Source: Priapulus caudatus
Taxonomy: Eukaryota
DNA: 64,000 nt
Assembly (NCBI RefSeq): GCF_000485595.1
Contig: NW_014577072.1
Location: 157,233 to 221,232 of the forward strand
Direction: 5' to 3'
Shown: positions 51,501 to 64,000 of the stretch, in pieces
How positions within the stretch are numbered: position 1 is the first letter of the stretch
Layout: the number at the start of each line of letters is the position of its first letter
Notes under the pieces: model-generated
What the model was told of the DNA's origin: nothing
Databases searched by the model: none
The model's input: only the letters and a program-made list of their open reading frames with translations
Position numbers and translations under genes: made by a program

Positions 51501-52241
51501 TCACTCCCGGTGGTGTTACCGCAGGTGAAGGTGTTATCAGTCCGTCTCACGTGAGCATGAACAAAGACGAGGCTGTCGCGCAGTTCAAGCAGTATAGGTA
51601 GGTAGACGTACGTTAGACGTAGAGTCACGGCGTGCGGATCTGCATGATAGATAGGGCTTGCGGCTGAAAAACATTGAGGTATTTCATGAACAAAAAAACG
51701 ATGATTTCCGTGACGTAAATTTAAAAACACTGCAGCGCATGCGCGCTGTTGGTCAATTAACTCTGCGCTATTTTTTCATTTTTTTTCGTAATCCTCAGTC
51801 AGCTTGTTCCACACGCAGGAGTGCTTTTGTTCGATAATTCGAGTTTAGTTATCAAACTGCTACTGGAATAACTGTTTAATTTGAACATTACTTCATATAA
51901 GCCCGGCATCACGGCGCATTTAAAATATGTAGTAAAATCATTGGTTGCTAGTGGCGAGTCCCCCGCAAAGGTGTGAGAGTGTGACTCACGCTCTTTATTA
52001 ATTGGCCATATAGCGGCTGTGTTTGCCGGACCTTACATAAGCCAGGAGCAGTGAACTTTGCTCTGCTCTGTAGAAATAGCTGGCCTATTCTTCTAGGCCT
52101 GCCTGAACCTGTGTTTGTGTACTGCTTTAGTTTGAATAACCGTGAATTGAGGAGAAGCAGTACACGTACGCGCCTTATATTGCGGGGCACCGATGGCATG
52201 ACCCCTGATTTACAAGGTTTCACTATAGGCCACAGATAATA

Positions 52242-52415
52242 ATCAGGAGTGGATAATAGAGAGTTTTATATCTATTATCTATTATATCTATTATATATTG
52301 AGAGAGATGATAATAGAGATAATAAAGAGAGAATAATAGAGATGATAATAGAGATAATAAAGAAAAGCGAGATAATAGAGAATAATACTTAGAAACTCTA
52401 TTATCCACTCCTGAT
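52242..52415. mobile_element. Small inverted-repeat element related to the 39741 palindrome
   Basis: ATCAGGAGTGGATAATAGAG (52242-52261) pairs with CTCTATTATCCACTCCTGAT (52396-52415). The interior is degenerate GATAATAGA-like repeats. Confidence 0.7.
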
Positions 52416-54345
52416 ATAATGCACACGTTTAGTGAGAAAAACATGTACCTTATAGTAATTATAAAAGAGTAATACGAGTGTCTAAAACACAATGTGTTTT
52501 TTCGCTTCTTCGTGGGCAATGTTAGTAATAAATAGTTTCATCAAGGTAGTCGACCCTCTCAGCCGTAGCCGCAAATACATAGTTAAGGCGAATTTGACTT
52601 TTGGATTGTAGTATCTATAATAGCAATGCTGTAGATACTGAGGTGTTGATATGAATATATTTAATGTTAATTTAATAAATCTTATCGGCGTAATGGAAAT
52701 CGTTTACACATTCTTTCATGACTGATTAGGATGTAGCGGAAATGCAACCCCTGTAGTTTTGGTATCGAGCGATATCAGTGAACATTTCATTAACGTACGC
52801 CTCCGTCGTTATGACGTAGAGCACAGCGAAAGTAATTTCGAAAGTTATAAAGGAAGTACGAGGAAGTTGCATATCTTTCTGAGTAGTTGAAATCACCAGG
52901 ACGGAATTCCTCATCTCCGATGCAACTAGTGTCCTGCGTACGCTACCCGTTACCAAGCATATGGGAAGTTCAGACAGGAGTATGCAGCTGTCTTGCCAAC
53001 GTGTTGGTCGCATACAAACAGTGTTTAGCATATCAAAGGCCTGATAGACTCCAAATGAGACAACAGGACATGCAGCCGGGTGGTTATTTGTCCATAAAAT
53101 CGGGCAAGCAAACTGAAATAAATCCTTCTGTGAAAGCGAGTGCAAATATTTGTGGAATGCTAAAGTTAGAGCAATATTGGTGGCCGGCCCGCCTTATTCT
53201 TCTTTGGCGGTTGCCGGGGCTTGTTGATCAGTGTGTGTGGCGTAGGTAAGCACAGAGGCGGCAAAGGTTGTTTGGGGTTGACCTACAGGCACCGCTCTCC
53301 GTACAGAGCCGCCGCCACCGTTTACGTACGCACAAATCCGGAGAGATTTCGCATAGGTTGTTACAAAGTTAGAACTCACGGGATGAGGCTTTGAATGGGG
53401 TTGCATATCGATAGCTAATGCGTGGTCACTTGTTAAATATGCGGGCAGTCATGATTCTATTTATTATAAGTACAGACAGCGCGCGCGTTGGCGGATTCGT
53501 CGAGAAAACAAACTATTAACTGCATCGGTGTATATCACCAAAAACGGCCAGTTGAGATTTTGAGGTCAAATGTCTCCTGTTCTTGCTTATTGTGTGGGCA
53601 GACATCTCACACGTTGTTTTGCATTCACTCTACGTTCGCTGTAAACAGCATTAGCGAGCCAGCCAATCCAAGGTGACCGCATAGAGGTTTAATTGTTACG
53701 TCACTGGGTGTTACGTAACCACTAGTGCAACTATTAGTGGCCGGGTCGCTTATACTGCGCAAATACTACTCATGGGTAGGCAAGAGTGGGTTGCCAAACA
53801 AACATTCATTACGAAGATAATGAAAAACACAACAGCTGCCTTGTGGCGTAGAATCGCGTAAAATCACATTGCCTCACATATACGCAGACGCTGCCGGCTT
53901 TGTCTGCCCAAGCTGTTTACGACTGCCCACCGGGTCCTTGCTGCTTTATTATAGCCAATACTTCCACCGTTCAGAATGACTATTAGAAGGTGCGTGCGTG
54001 CGTGCGTGCGTGTGGGTGCCTGCGTGCGTGTATCTGTATCGCCGATGCTGTGCGCTCATTGTAGCAGTGTATACACAGCAAGGGTGCAGGCGGAAAGGCC
54101 GGTAGTCCTATTATGCACGTTGCCAAGTCAGTGAGCGGGTGGAGGGGTGGGTAAGGGGTGGGAGGCTCCTTATTTTCTTTGCCTAAACAACGGCATTAAT
54201 AGGTTCTAACGATCAAAGATATTAACTTATCATCGTGTTTATTTTCCCGTAATTTGGTCCTCCCAGAATTAACTCTATATCCATAGTTATTTATTCCGTC
54301 TCATATCTTTATATGTTTTATGTAGGGTTCATATATATAAACGAC

Positions 54346-54384
<39 letters not shown>

Positions 54385-55289
54385 ATATTACAAGGGCCAA
54401 GGCTTTGAAAGAGCAGTGGAGGTCCAGCCAAATCAGTCGTTTACATTAACTTGGTATCTATTGATAACCTTAAAGACAAGTTAAGCAATTAGTCCTGAAT
54501 TGCTGTAGGCCAATCAAATTTCATCGCGATGCTGGAAACCCCTGAAGGTTTTCTACACCTCCTTTACGGGAAAGCAAGGAGTTTACTTGGGTAACAGCAA
54601 TGTCTACACTACGCGCCGTATCCTCCATGCTTCCCGGACTGGCTCGGTAAACTGTAAGCTGATATTTCAATTGGTTGTTGACCTATCAGTGCTGATATTT
54701 AGCTTTGTAAACTGACCTGGCATAACCAAATACGACTAAACCGCGCGTAGACACCAGCACAGACAACTACTGCGGCGCTCCAATGCTTGCCTACTGTTGA
54801 CTCCTGTCTGCAGTTTCCGTGATTTTGACAGGTGAAAGAATTTGCGACGCTGCGTAGTTGCTGACATACCCCGGATTTTTATTGTTGTACTAAGCTTTTA
54901 TAGGTAAATTATTTACCTGCTCATTTCTTGGCTAGAGGCCAGTAATATAAGGGATTGGTGTGGGAAACATTCCTATTGGAGGAGTGAGCAAACCAGATCA
55001 CTCTTGTGGTGAATAAGAACCCGTCCACATTAATACACTCTGTAAGGAAACTTTACTACGGTAAGAAAACTGAATGTAACACGAATCAACATTGAGAATA
55101 GATTTATTTCTAAGTTTAACTGTAAAGCTAAATTATCCAACAATGGAAGCCAAATATCTGTAGTTAAGCACAATTACGATCTAACGCTAGACCGATTTAG
55201 TTTACATGATAAAAGCTATTTGAATAGTTGCTCCGCCTTCGTAGACGGCATCTTTCATGTCTTTTAATGGCAGTTAATGCCAAGTAGGT

Positions 55290-55338
55290 GGGAGAGAGAG
55301 TGTGTGTGCGCGCGCGTGTGTGCGTGTGCGTGTGTGCA

Positions 55339-55374
<36 letters not shown>

Positions 55375-55858
55375 TGTACATGCGCGTATGCGAACGCATG
55401 TGCGTGAGCGTGTGATATGGTGTGATGTGGTATGTGGTGTGTGGTGTGTGGTGTGTGGTGTGTGGTGTGTGGTGTGTGGTGTGTGGTGTGTGGTGTGTGG
55501 TGTGTGGTGTGTGGTGTGTGGTTGTGTGGAGTGTGGTGCTGTGGTGTGTGGGTGTCGGTGTGTGGTGTGTGGTGGTGTGTGGGTGTGTGTGTGGTGTGTG
55601 GTGTGTGGTGTGTGGTGTGTGGTGTGTGGTGTGTGGTGCGGTGCGGTATACTGTGGTATGGTATGGTACGGTACGGTACGGTACGGTATGGTATGGTATG
55701 GTATGGTCGTGCGGTTCACGTGTGCGTTTACATGTGTGCGCTCGCGAGCGCGTGTGTGTGCATGTGTGTGCGCACGAGAGAGAGCGAGAGAGGAACCAAG
55801 ATTTGCTTGGTGTTTTGTTCCCGAGCAGCAACCGTTTTGTCGCTGGGCAACAAAGCTC

Positions 55859-55924
<66 letters not shown>

Positions 55925-55925
55925 A
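55290..55925. repeat. Compound simple repeat: (GCGT)n, (GTGGTGT)n, (GGTAC/GGTAT)n, (CT)n
   Basis: Visible directly. Source of the WCVVCGV/HHTPHTT ORFs. Confidence 0.95.
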
Positions 55926-58680
55926 GGTTAACCCCCTCCTACATTCACACCTCGCCACAGCTGCAGCCTTTTATGCTGAAATCACACCCTCGAATTTGAC
56001 CTGGTGCTATTCGAAGAAATGGTTCTACTGTGGAACCGTTTAGATTTCTATGTACGAGTAAATGCTATGCTGCTGATTCGTCTAGGCATCTAGTAGTATC
56101 AGCAGTATAACTAGATAGAACAATAGTTTGTATGTGTAGGATTGATGGTTTAGGGTTAGCGTCGGATGATTCAGTTTTAGCTCTGTAGTTATTAGTTATA
56201 AATAATATTAATTTGAATGACTGCACGGTGCTTTACAGTAGCGTTGTTGTTTGCAGACATTTCTCTTGACATGCAGTATATCTGTAAAATATAATTTTCA
56301 GTACATTTTGGTCGTCCACAGTGATGTTCAGTTTAGAAATAATTTTGAAATGTGCGTATCATCTACTTTTCTCTGATTTCACTGGCGTGGAAAATACTAG
56401 GCGTTGTAATCGAATCTGTATACATATTGTGCCGCTCTCATTTATCATTGTATCAGGAGCTAATAATGACAAATTTGTCATTATTAGCTCCTGGTTGTAT
56501 GTGATCAAGCGGTTTACACTCTAGTGTTTCAGGGCGTAAATAGAAATATGCTATAGGCTTGCTGGGATGTTTTTGGAAAACGTAGACGAGGCTGAAAAAA
56601 ACGTTATCAAATTGGTTTTGAAAAGGCTGCAATAACTACATAATAATTGCTTACAGATATAAAACGTGATGATTTAATATAGAAAACTTGCATATTTATC
56701 GACACTGTAAAGAGTGCTGCATTTATGAGGCACGAACTCGTCGCTTCCTGCTTATACGATGACAGTGTGTATTATTTTATACATTAAAATACTCTTGAAT
56801 ATAATCACATTGTGTGGCAAAGCTGTTAACAATGTGCTGAGGCTTTAGCGGCGATTTTCACGCATTAAAATGAAGACAGATTAAGTGCACTTGTGGCTGG
56901 CGTGCTGTGATAAAATATCACAAGTTCCGCCATGGGCAGTACGTGCCTCCGATTCCAGCGGAGGGCTGCACATGTCCCAATTAAGAAAAGCTGGCCCTTG
57001 AGGTGTAAAATCAATTATCTCATCTCCTGTCCGCTTGAAGAGATTCCCCGCTCGGCTGCTCACACGAAAAGATGGCTTGATCATGTTCACAGGGCAGCCA
57101 GCTGTAAGTGACAGCAGCAGATAATGTGGGTATTCTCCCAGATTAATGAAAACCTTCGCAGTATTGGCCGTTGGGGAGCACCTATTGAGCGCCAGTGCGG
57201 CGGGTGACAAATCGCACAGAAGGTTTGTGCATGACGTCAAGAGCCTTGCAGAGATGCTGAAGAGTCCGGGCAGAGCTGTTTGACAGTTTGGAAACGTTGA
57301 CAGCACCAATAGGCCTACTTGTTTGACAGATGATACTTTAGCAGCGAACAGACCCGCGTGGTGGGGCGCAGCCGCTGTAATGACGTGAGTATATATGTCT
57401 AGCTTCCGTATCCGTGGTGGCGAGAGCAGCAGAAGATAGCAATTAGTCATATTTAATTAAACCATCAGCAGGAACTGACCTGTGAAATCCCGTCGTCAAT
57501 AGGTGCACGTGACAGGAGAGAAAAAACACTCCACTAGCATTTGTGTGAATTTGTCTGATTTTCTCGCCTGGCAAAATGAGCAAATCTGCAGCATAAAGCT
57601 GCTATTATCTGCTGCTGTCACACACAGGCGGCTTCACACCGCTTCTCCGGCGTCCCATGTAAATGGTCAATTATCAGGAGCCGTGAAGTATCACTGGCTA
57701 AGAGCCATCTAGTCCATCAAGTCATCTAGACTGTCAGCAGTGCGTTTTTTCAAAGCGACGCTTGGCAGGCTGTTCTGTCGAGTGTTAAGTAAAGTGAACA
57801 TGGTGCAGGTCTAAAGGATCATATCCCGTATTTAGCTAGCTTGGTCGCTATAGATGCTTACGTGGCTCACTTGCATGGCCGTGCCAATGCTTTGATTTCG
57901 GAGTGGACCGAAAGAAATGATTGTTTGATCAAAAAAAGCTTTGAAGTTTTGCGCTCACGATGTTGGCAGTTTGTTCTCGGCGTTGCGGCGTATTCGTCCA
58001 TTGTCTACACGAAATCTACCGTCTCAAATTAAGGTCGGCGAGAATTTTAAACAATATCAACGTAACGTTTTACTCTTTGATTACGAAGAAACACGTGACG
58101 TTTCGGCCATTTGTAAACATTGGAAGACAATTGGCGCGCGATGGCTGAGTGCGCGCGCGTGTGCATTTAATGTTAAAACTCGAGAATACCTTGTTGCAGA
58201 GCGTCGCTGACGGATGCTGCGTTACTGCGTTAATGTTTTCCTTCGTGATTGCATTCGCGTATTATAGCTGGCATGTATCAGGTGACATTTTATGATGTGG
58301 ATGGATCTCGCTAGCAATTTCTACAATTATGCAAACGGTACTCAATGAACTTTTGTTTTGTTTTGTATTTCGGTTTCGTAATCAATGTTAATGTAATTTC
58401 TGATGTGTAAATAACGATTTCACAAAGACTAATGGTTTGCTTCATGGTATACGTGCATGGGGCGGTTTGTTTTATCTTCAGCCGTGGTCATTCCTGGTAA
58501 ATATTGTACCACTGGCCTAATTACAATTATTAGTTTGTTTTACCGCTTATATTTTACGTATAGGGGTGCCGAGTAAAAATTCCATTCGATGGGCAAATAT
58601 CGGAACTAGGCTTTGAGAGGCGCTAAGGGTCAGTGGTCAGTATGGATTATACTCAGTGGTCAGTACTGATAATCATGCTA

Positions 58681-58995
58681 CAGAGATGCCAACCACTACG
58701 ATTTATCCGTATTTTATACGAATTTCTATTTCTTTTGCACCACTACGACCAGTTTGTATCAAACTACGAATTTCACTGTGATCGAAAAAAAACACAAAAA
58801 TGTATTATTATTATTTTTTGTCAATTTATTGTCATTTTTAACCCTCAGAATGCCGTAAATTGCATCTCAGAATCAAAAAATTTTCCGGGGGCATGCCGGA
58901 CTCCCCTAGCAAACTCGGGTCACTCCGTGACCCTCGAACTACTAATTTGATGGCCAGAAACTACAGATTGCTTCAAATACGTGTTGGCATCTCTG
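58681..58995. mobile_element. MITE with 13-bp TIRs (superfamily undetermined)
   Basis: CAGAGATGCCAAC (58681-58693) pairs with GTTGGCATCTCTG (58983-58995). Internal CACTACGA motifs recur. Flanks AATCATGCTA / AATTTGCTA are similar but not an exact TSD. Confidence 0.72.
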
Positions 58996-61900
58996 AATTT
59001 GCTACTTAAAGTAATGAAAGTAATGATTTCACATGTTTTCTCCAACAGTTCTTATATTTTCTCGACCAAAATGTACAAAATGTATGCAGCAAGTCCAACG
59101 TGCATTAGAATACTCACACATCATTATTTTCACTAGCATGAGCACCAATCTGAATTTTAAAGTAGATTTGTTTACGTATTTCATCATCAGTAGCACGTGA
59201 TTTCCGTGAATCACGCGATGCCATCGAGCGATAACCTGTCTCTATACTATGTTACCAATGACGAAATAGGGTACCAGTCTATATCAATTTACCACACGTA
59301 AACAGGTGCACTTGTGGCAGCATTTTCATATTTTATTTTTCGCGAATCTTAGAAATTGAGGCGCAATCTTGCTGCTCATTTGCTGTTTTATAGCCTATAA
59401 CAACACAAACTCGTAGAAATTTCTAAGCTGGAATAATCAGTACTATGTCCACTTACAAGTGAGACCTAATTTGTCTACATGTATAAATATTTCAATTCAT
59501 TTGAGAGATAATTTTAAACACGGTTTGCTATCTCCGTTCAGAGCTCACAAACTGGTTTGTCACCGGAGTGACATCTTTAGCTAATATCATGAGGTCGAAA
59601 ATGTCAAAGTTTAGCTACTTCTGAATTTTATATAAGCCTATCAGCGTATACGTTTCTATATCGTATAGAAGCCGTCGGTATGCGGTGAGATATGCAGCGA
59701 GGTCGCGCATGGCTACATATAATTATTCGGTATGTGTGAGCCGGTTGTTTTAGAGATGAACGTTGTTTTCGTAGAATTTACAGTGCACGACCATGAGCGT
59801 GCTAATACTCAAGGCCATGGCCTTGGGCTCAAGGCCAGTGACACATGGATTCACGAGGTTTGCTGCTGGCTTGCCGGCCTCACCGGGTGGTCTAATGTGG
59901 GCATATTACCGGAGTAATTTGCCCAATGTAAATAGACAGCATTGTTTTTAGCGGGATACATAATTTAGGGCCTGTCATGTCAAAAATAATCATTAATGTC
60001 ATCCAAAATATTGGCCTGGAATATTTAAGTCGCATGCCTTCAATAATTTACCAGCCGCAGAAGCGCTGCGTATATCAGTTGCGGTGCCTGCACCCGAGTT
60101 CACTCGTTCAAATACACGCATACACGCACGCACGCACGCACATGCACGCACTCACTCACACACATCTCCCGCCTGTGTCGTGATGCGCGTTGTGATGGCC
60201 GCTTCCACACGCTGCCTCCGCGCGCAGCAAACGAACGTCAAGAGGTCTCGAGAACATTCTGGCGCCATGCTTGTGACTGTCTCGTCAAACTACGACTGGG
60301 ATCACCTAGAGAAACACTAGGGGTTTTGGCCTTGAGCGGTGTAGTGCGGCTTATGGTGGGCGGGGATGAACGGTTGGCGTTTATATTTGTTTACCGGAAA
60401 CGTTTCGTAAGTGATGTTTCGAGGCAACCTCTGCAGCTCGTATGAAGATCGTACTACCTGTTGCTGATGGTGGAAGGCACTATTGAGTAATGCCACGTAG
60501 GTCAGTCACATGATATCCGTAGCTGAGCTTGTATACCACTTTTAGCCCGTTAATCGTCTATGTCGTGCTTACCCCGTGTGCCGTTTAGCCGGTATTTCCC
60601 TATACTATAGAAACCTACCACAGTGCTTGCAGATGTTCGATTGAAGGCTCTAATCACCTACGAATCAGTGATAATATAAATTTCTATTTTGTAATCAAAA
60701 TCCCACCGCGAGCATAATGTCGATTTGATGCGAAAATACCTTAACCCATGTCCTAGCATCTGCTCTGCCTTTGTTCGCATTTCTTAGCCTCTCTCCGTCT
60801 CGTTTTGTCGCCGACCTGATGCGGCATATTTTCGCTATTGACACTGGTCATTGATTCCCGTGACACAGAGCGCGGCGTTTCCTTGCCTTTGTCTGCGGCA
60901 GTGCAAGTTTGAATCATTAGATTGATGTTCGTATTGTCGGCAAAGACGCGTGGATCGCGCGATGTTTCATTACGAAGCAGCTGGTTACACAAACTGCGTA
61001 AACGTTCATGAGATTGTAAACGTAGAAGGTGCTCACACCCGCGGTTATGCAGCGTATGTCTGCATGCGCGCGTGTGCTCGTGTGCGCGCACACACGCTAA
61101 CGTGGGCCTGTTGAGTGTCACAGGAGCGTAATCTGCGTTATCCTCGGCTTGCTTTTTCGCCTTGCGCTGATTGTTTTTGATTGTTTTCCCGGCTTGACTT
61201 GTGAAGAGGAGTTTTTTCTTAAGAGATATAAGAAGCCGTTCTTTTGTTGGAGGTTTTGATAACGTTGATACCTTTCATCTTATCTCTATTTGGCGGTTCT
61301 TTCCGGTACACGACCACGAGAATTTGCACACAGAGGAACTTGATTTAATTACGTAAAACCGCTTTGCCACATATACGCTTCACAAAGCTGTATGCGCTTA
61401 ACATATACTTGGGGTGTGTATTTGGCAGCTACGCGTTTTTTTTTGTATTCTATTCCTGCTATTTTGATTTCCCCTCTAAGGGCTCTACAGGGGCAAAATC
61501 GTTGCGAAGGTAAAACGGTGTGTTGCATGTTATGTGCACAAGGTAAACAGAGGGCAAATCTGCGAGCACGAAACCGTGTTTATTCCCGGTAATGATATCA
61601 GAGACATAAACGGATATTCTTTTCTGTCTTTGCTGTCTGTGCAAATGATATTGGCGAGTTTGTTTGAGGTAGCCGAGGTGTGTGTGCTTAGTGGCAGCAG
61701 AATCTGTCAAATTCGTCATCAGTACCTGAATAGGTGGCTTCTGTCAAAGAATGGCTAGCAAATACGGCTGGGCGCTTTGAGGAGACGAGCGAGCAAGTGA
61801 ATGGTGTTGTGCGCCAGACTAAAAATGTACTGTGTTCTATCTAGCTTTAATACACATCGTGTGCATTGGGGAAATGGCAATCGGCAAGAAAGACGAGGTA

Positions 61901-64000
61901 GATCGATAATAATGCCGTCTCAGATAACTAGGCCTTTCTTATTGAAAATGAATTTGAAATGTCGTCTGATGGCAGTTGTGTCTTCTCCGCATTTTCGCTC
62001 ACCTGATATTATCTTGGAATTTGTACCCGTGCATATGCAGGCATATAAATGATTGCAAGACACATCTTACGTTTAAATTGGTCTTAAATCGTTCGTCTGA
62101 TGGATTTCTTTTCTTCTCTCGTCTCCCACATAATATTGTCGTTGCAAATTGCACGGCATAATAACAGCGAAGGACCAGTGCTGTTACAGTTCATGAGCCT
62201 GTTAGGCAACGTTATTTTTGTTCATAATTTAGTAGTAGAGAATATTAAATCAACAGGGGAAGCACAGCTCATGTCTGTAGTGAAGAGGAGTGTAAACAGA
62301 GCGGCTGCCCTTCGTAATCAAGGACTATATAGGACTGCTATCTCTACTCTAAGCCATAGACCAGATGTCAAAACCAGCCGACCATTCTTGTGCCAACATA
62401 CGAGGCTATCTATCACATTCGTGTCAGCGTGCTATCCAAGATCATGAAGAGAAAGACTCGATAAGGTGTGCAAAAAATCACCAACACCCAGATACGGCGC
62501 GTGGCAAAGTTGACAGAGATGTGCAGCGAGTACACCTAGAGGTGATAAAGATGATATGCGGGCGGTTTTTCTATTGCGCCGTAACAGCTATTTTACTGTT
62601 CCGTTATCTGTTATTTTTCGCACCATCTGCTAACGGTTCATCTCGTTACGCGTCGGTAGCCAGCAAATAGCGTGCGATGGCGTGTTTATCTCCAGCACCC
62701 GCGAGCGATGCGCAATTTACACGGATCAGACATGTACGAGCTACGCAGTGACGTTGCTCTGTCTGTCTATAAACATCGATAGGCTTATTGATGCACACGC
62801 TTGCGTTGATGAAGATGAGGTTCGTGATAACGAATCGATTTCAATTCATTTCTTATCTTCCGTGCAAAGTCTGCATAGCTAACGAAAGAGGTAATGATCT
62901 CGCGTCATAGAAGTTTCCGTTCTGTGTTGGTTTGCCGTTCACAGCTTGCTAGTTACCCTGATTAAGCTGTCGTCATATCAACTTGGATGCACATGGGATG
63001 CTTAACTAACGACTGGGAAGAAAATAGCGCACGCTATCCATGTTTCTCCTGTAGGAGACCACAGGTGTCCAGTGTGTGCTTGAAATGCTGGTAAGGGGGT
63101 TCCGCCGCAACCATAGATCACTTATCTGCGACTCGTGTGTGGCAGAGTCGTGCTTTTAATTGATGCCAGCGCGTCTCATCAATCTCGAATTAAATAGAAA
63201 AGATGTACGAGGGACGGATCGTTCAGGAAAGGTGTAATGAATCGGTCTTGCATTGTGTGCTCTCTAAGAGGAACAGACGCAAGTGCTTGAGTATGCAGCG
63301 CAGTATTACGAGTGCTAGCGGACACGCGGCTGTCGGCAAGACAAGACTACGTCCATACGCGCGGATGCTTACATGAATGCGCCCATTCTCGAGCGTACTT
63401 TGTGAAACTTAATGGAAAGATGGAGATTATTGATGGAAAGCGTTTCTCTTTGTAAAGTCGAAGGTTTGTTTTCTTTGTGAATTGATCACCCTGGTCGATT
63501 TGCGGCGGCGACTGTCACATCTGGATGAGATTCCATCACGAGAGGGAGAGCATGCAGCTTCACAATGTGAACGCATTTTCTCGCAGCTCGTGAGCGCCAG
63601 TCGCCTCGCAGCCGCGTTGTCAGAACACGGAAGGCCCTTTCTGCTTTGCCGTGGTATGCATTTCCATTTCGTTTTCCGCCGGCCGAGAGTGCTTATAGAT
63701 TCCGGCTGCCTGACGTTGGACGTTCGCTGCTGCGCGCATTTACCACCGTGGTTATCTGGGGGATTAGTGAACGTGTTTGACAGATGTCACAGCGTAGCTA
63801 CTAGAAATCGTTACCGTATTTGTGCTGCTCACAGGTAGGTGGTGCGGTAATCTAGACGTCATCATTTTGTCAACGCGCGCAAACGCGTAGCCCATATATG
63901 TATGTATAGGCGCCGAACGTATCGCGCCTGTCGTTAAACTATCATATATTTATGCTATATCTGAAAGGTGCAACCTAGTATATGATGAAATATTTTTTTA

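Noticed and set aside
56066..56114. 12-bp hairpin followed by CTAG, as a Helitron 3' end or pre-miRNA
   Set aside because: The stem is short, no 5' end is identifiable, and there is no match to a miRNA I recognise.
56881..57450. 189-aa minus-strand ORF
   Set aside because: No recognisable domain or convincing exon structure. A BLASTP search would settle it.

Overview
Eukaryotic (metazoan, probably invertebrate) genomic DNA: spliced genes, many microsatellites, non-autonomous DNA transposons and one 10-N assembly gap. Nearly all ORFs in the supplied track are microsatellite or chance frames. Two intact spliced genes can be rebuilt by hand with GT-AG introns and consistent phases, and they lie head-to-head with ATGs about 2.2 kb apart. 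(1) Minus strand, 6878..17430: a 6-exon, 363-aa predicted secreted protein with a signal peptide, a PAN/Apple-like Cys domain and six tectonin (tachylectin-1/fish-egg-lectin type) repeats, i.e. a full 6-bladed beta-propeller lectin. (2) Plus strand, 19673..25471: a 7-exon, 234-aa glutathione S-transferase kappa (GSTK1) ending in the peroxisomal signal SKL. The 8.4-kb intron 2 of the lectin gene holds a ~541-bp tandem repeat carrying TCTCGCGAGA and TGCGCATGCGC palindromes. A Ty3/gypsy LTR retrotransposon has inserted into that repeat and is cut off by the gap. Several inverted-repeat elements (MITEs) of different apparent superfamilies and one Helentron-type element are also visible. The distal ~38 kb has no coding exon I can recognise, but it contains a dense TGACAG motif cluster. 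I found no CRISPR array, rRNA or intact tRNA, and no clearly new multi-gene system. The best novelty candidates are the PAN-tectonin fusion lectin and the two motif-rich tandem repeats around it.
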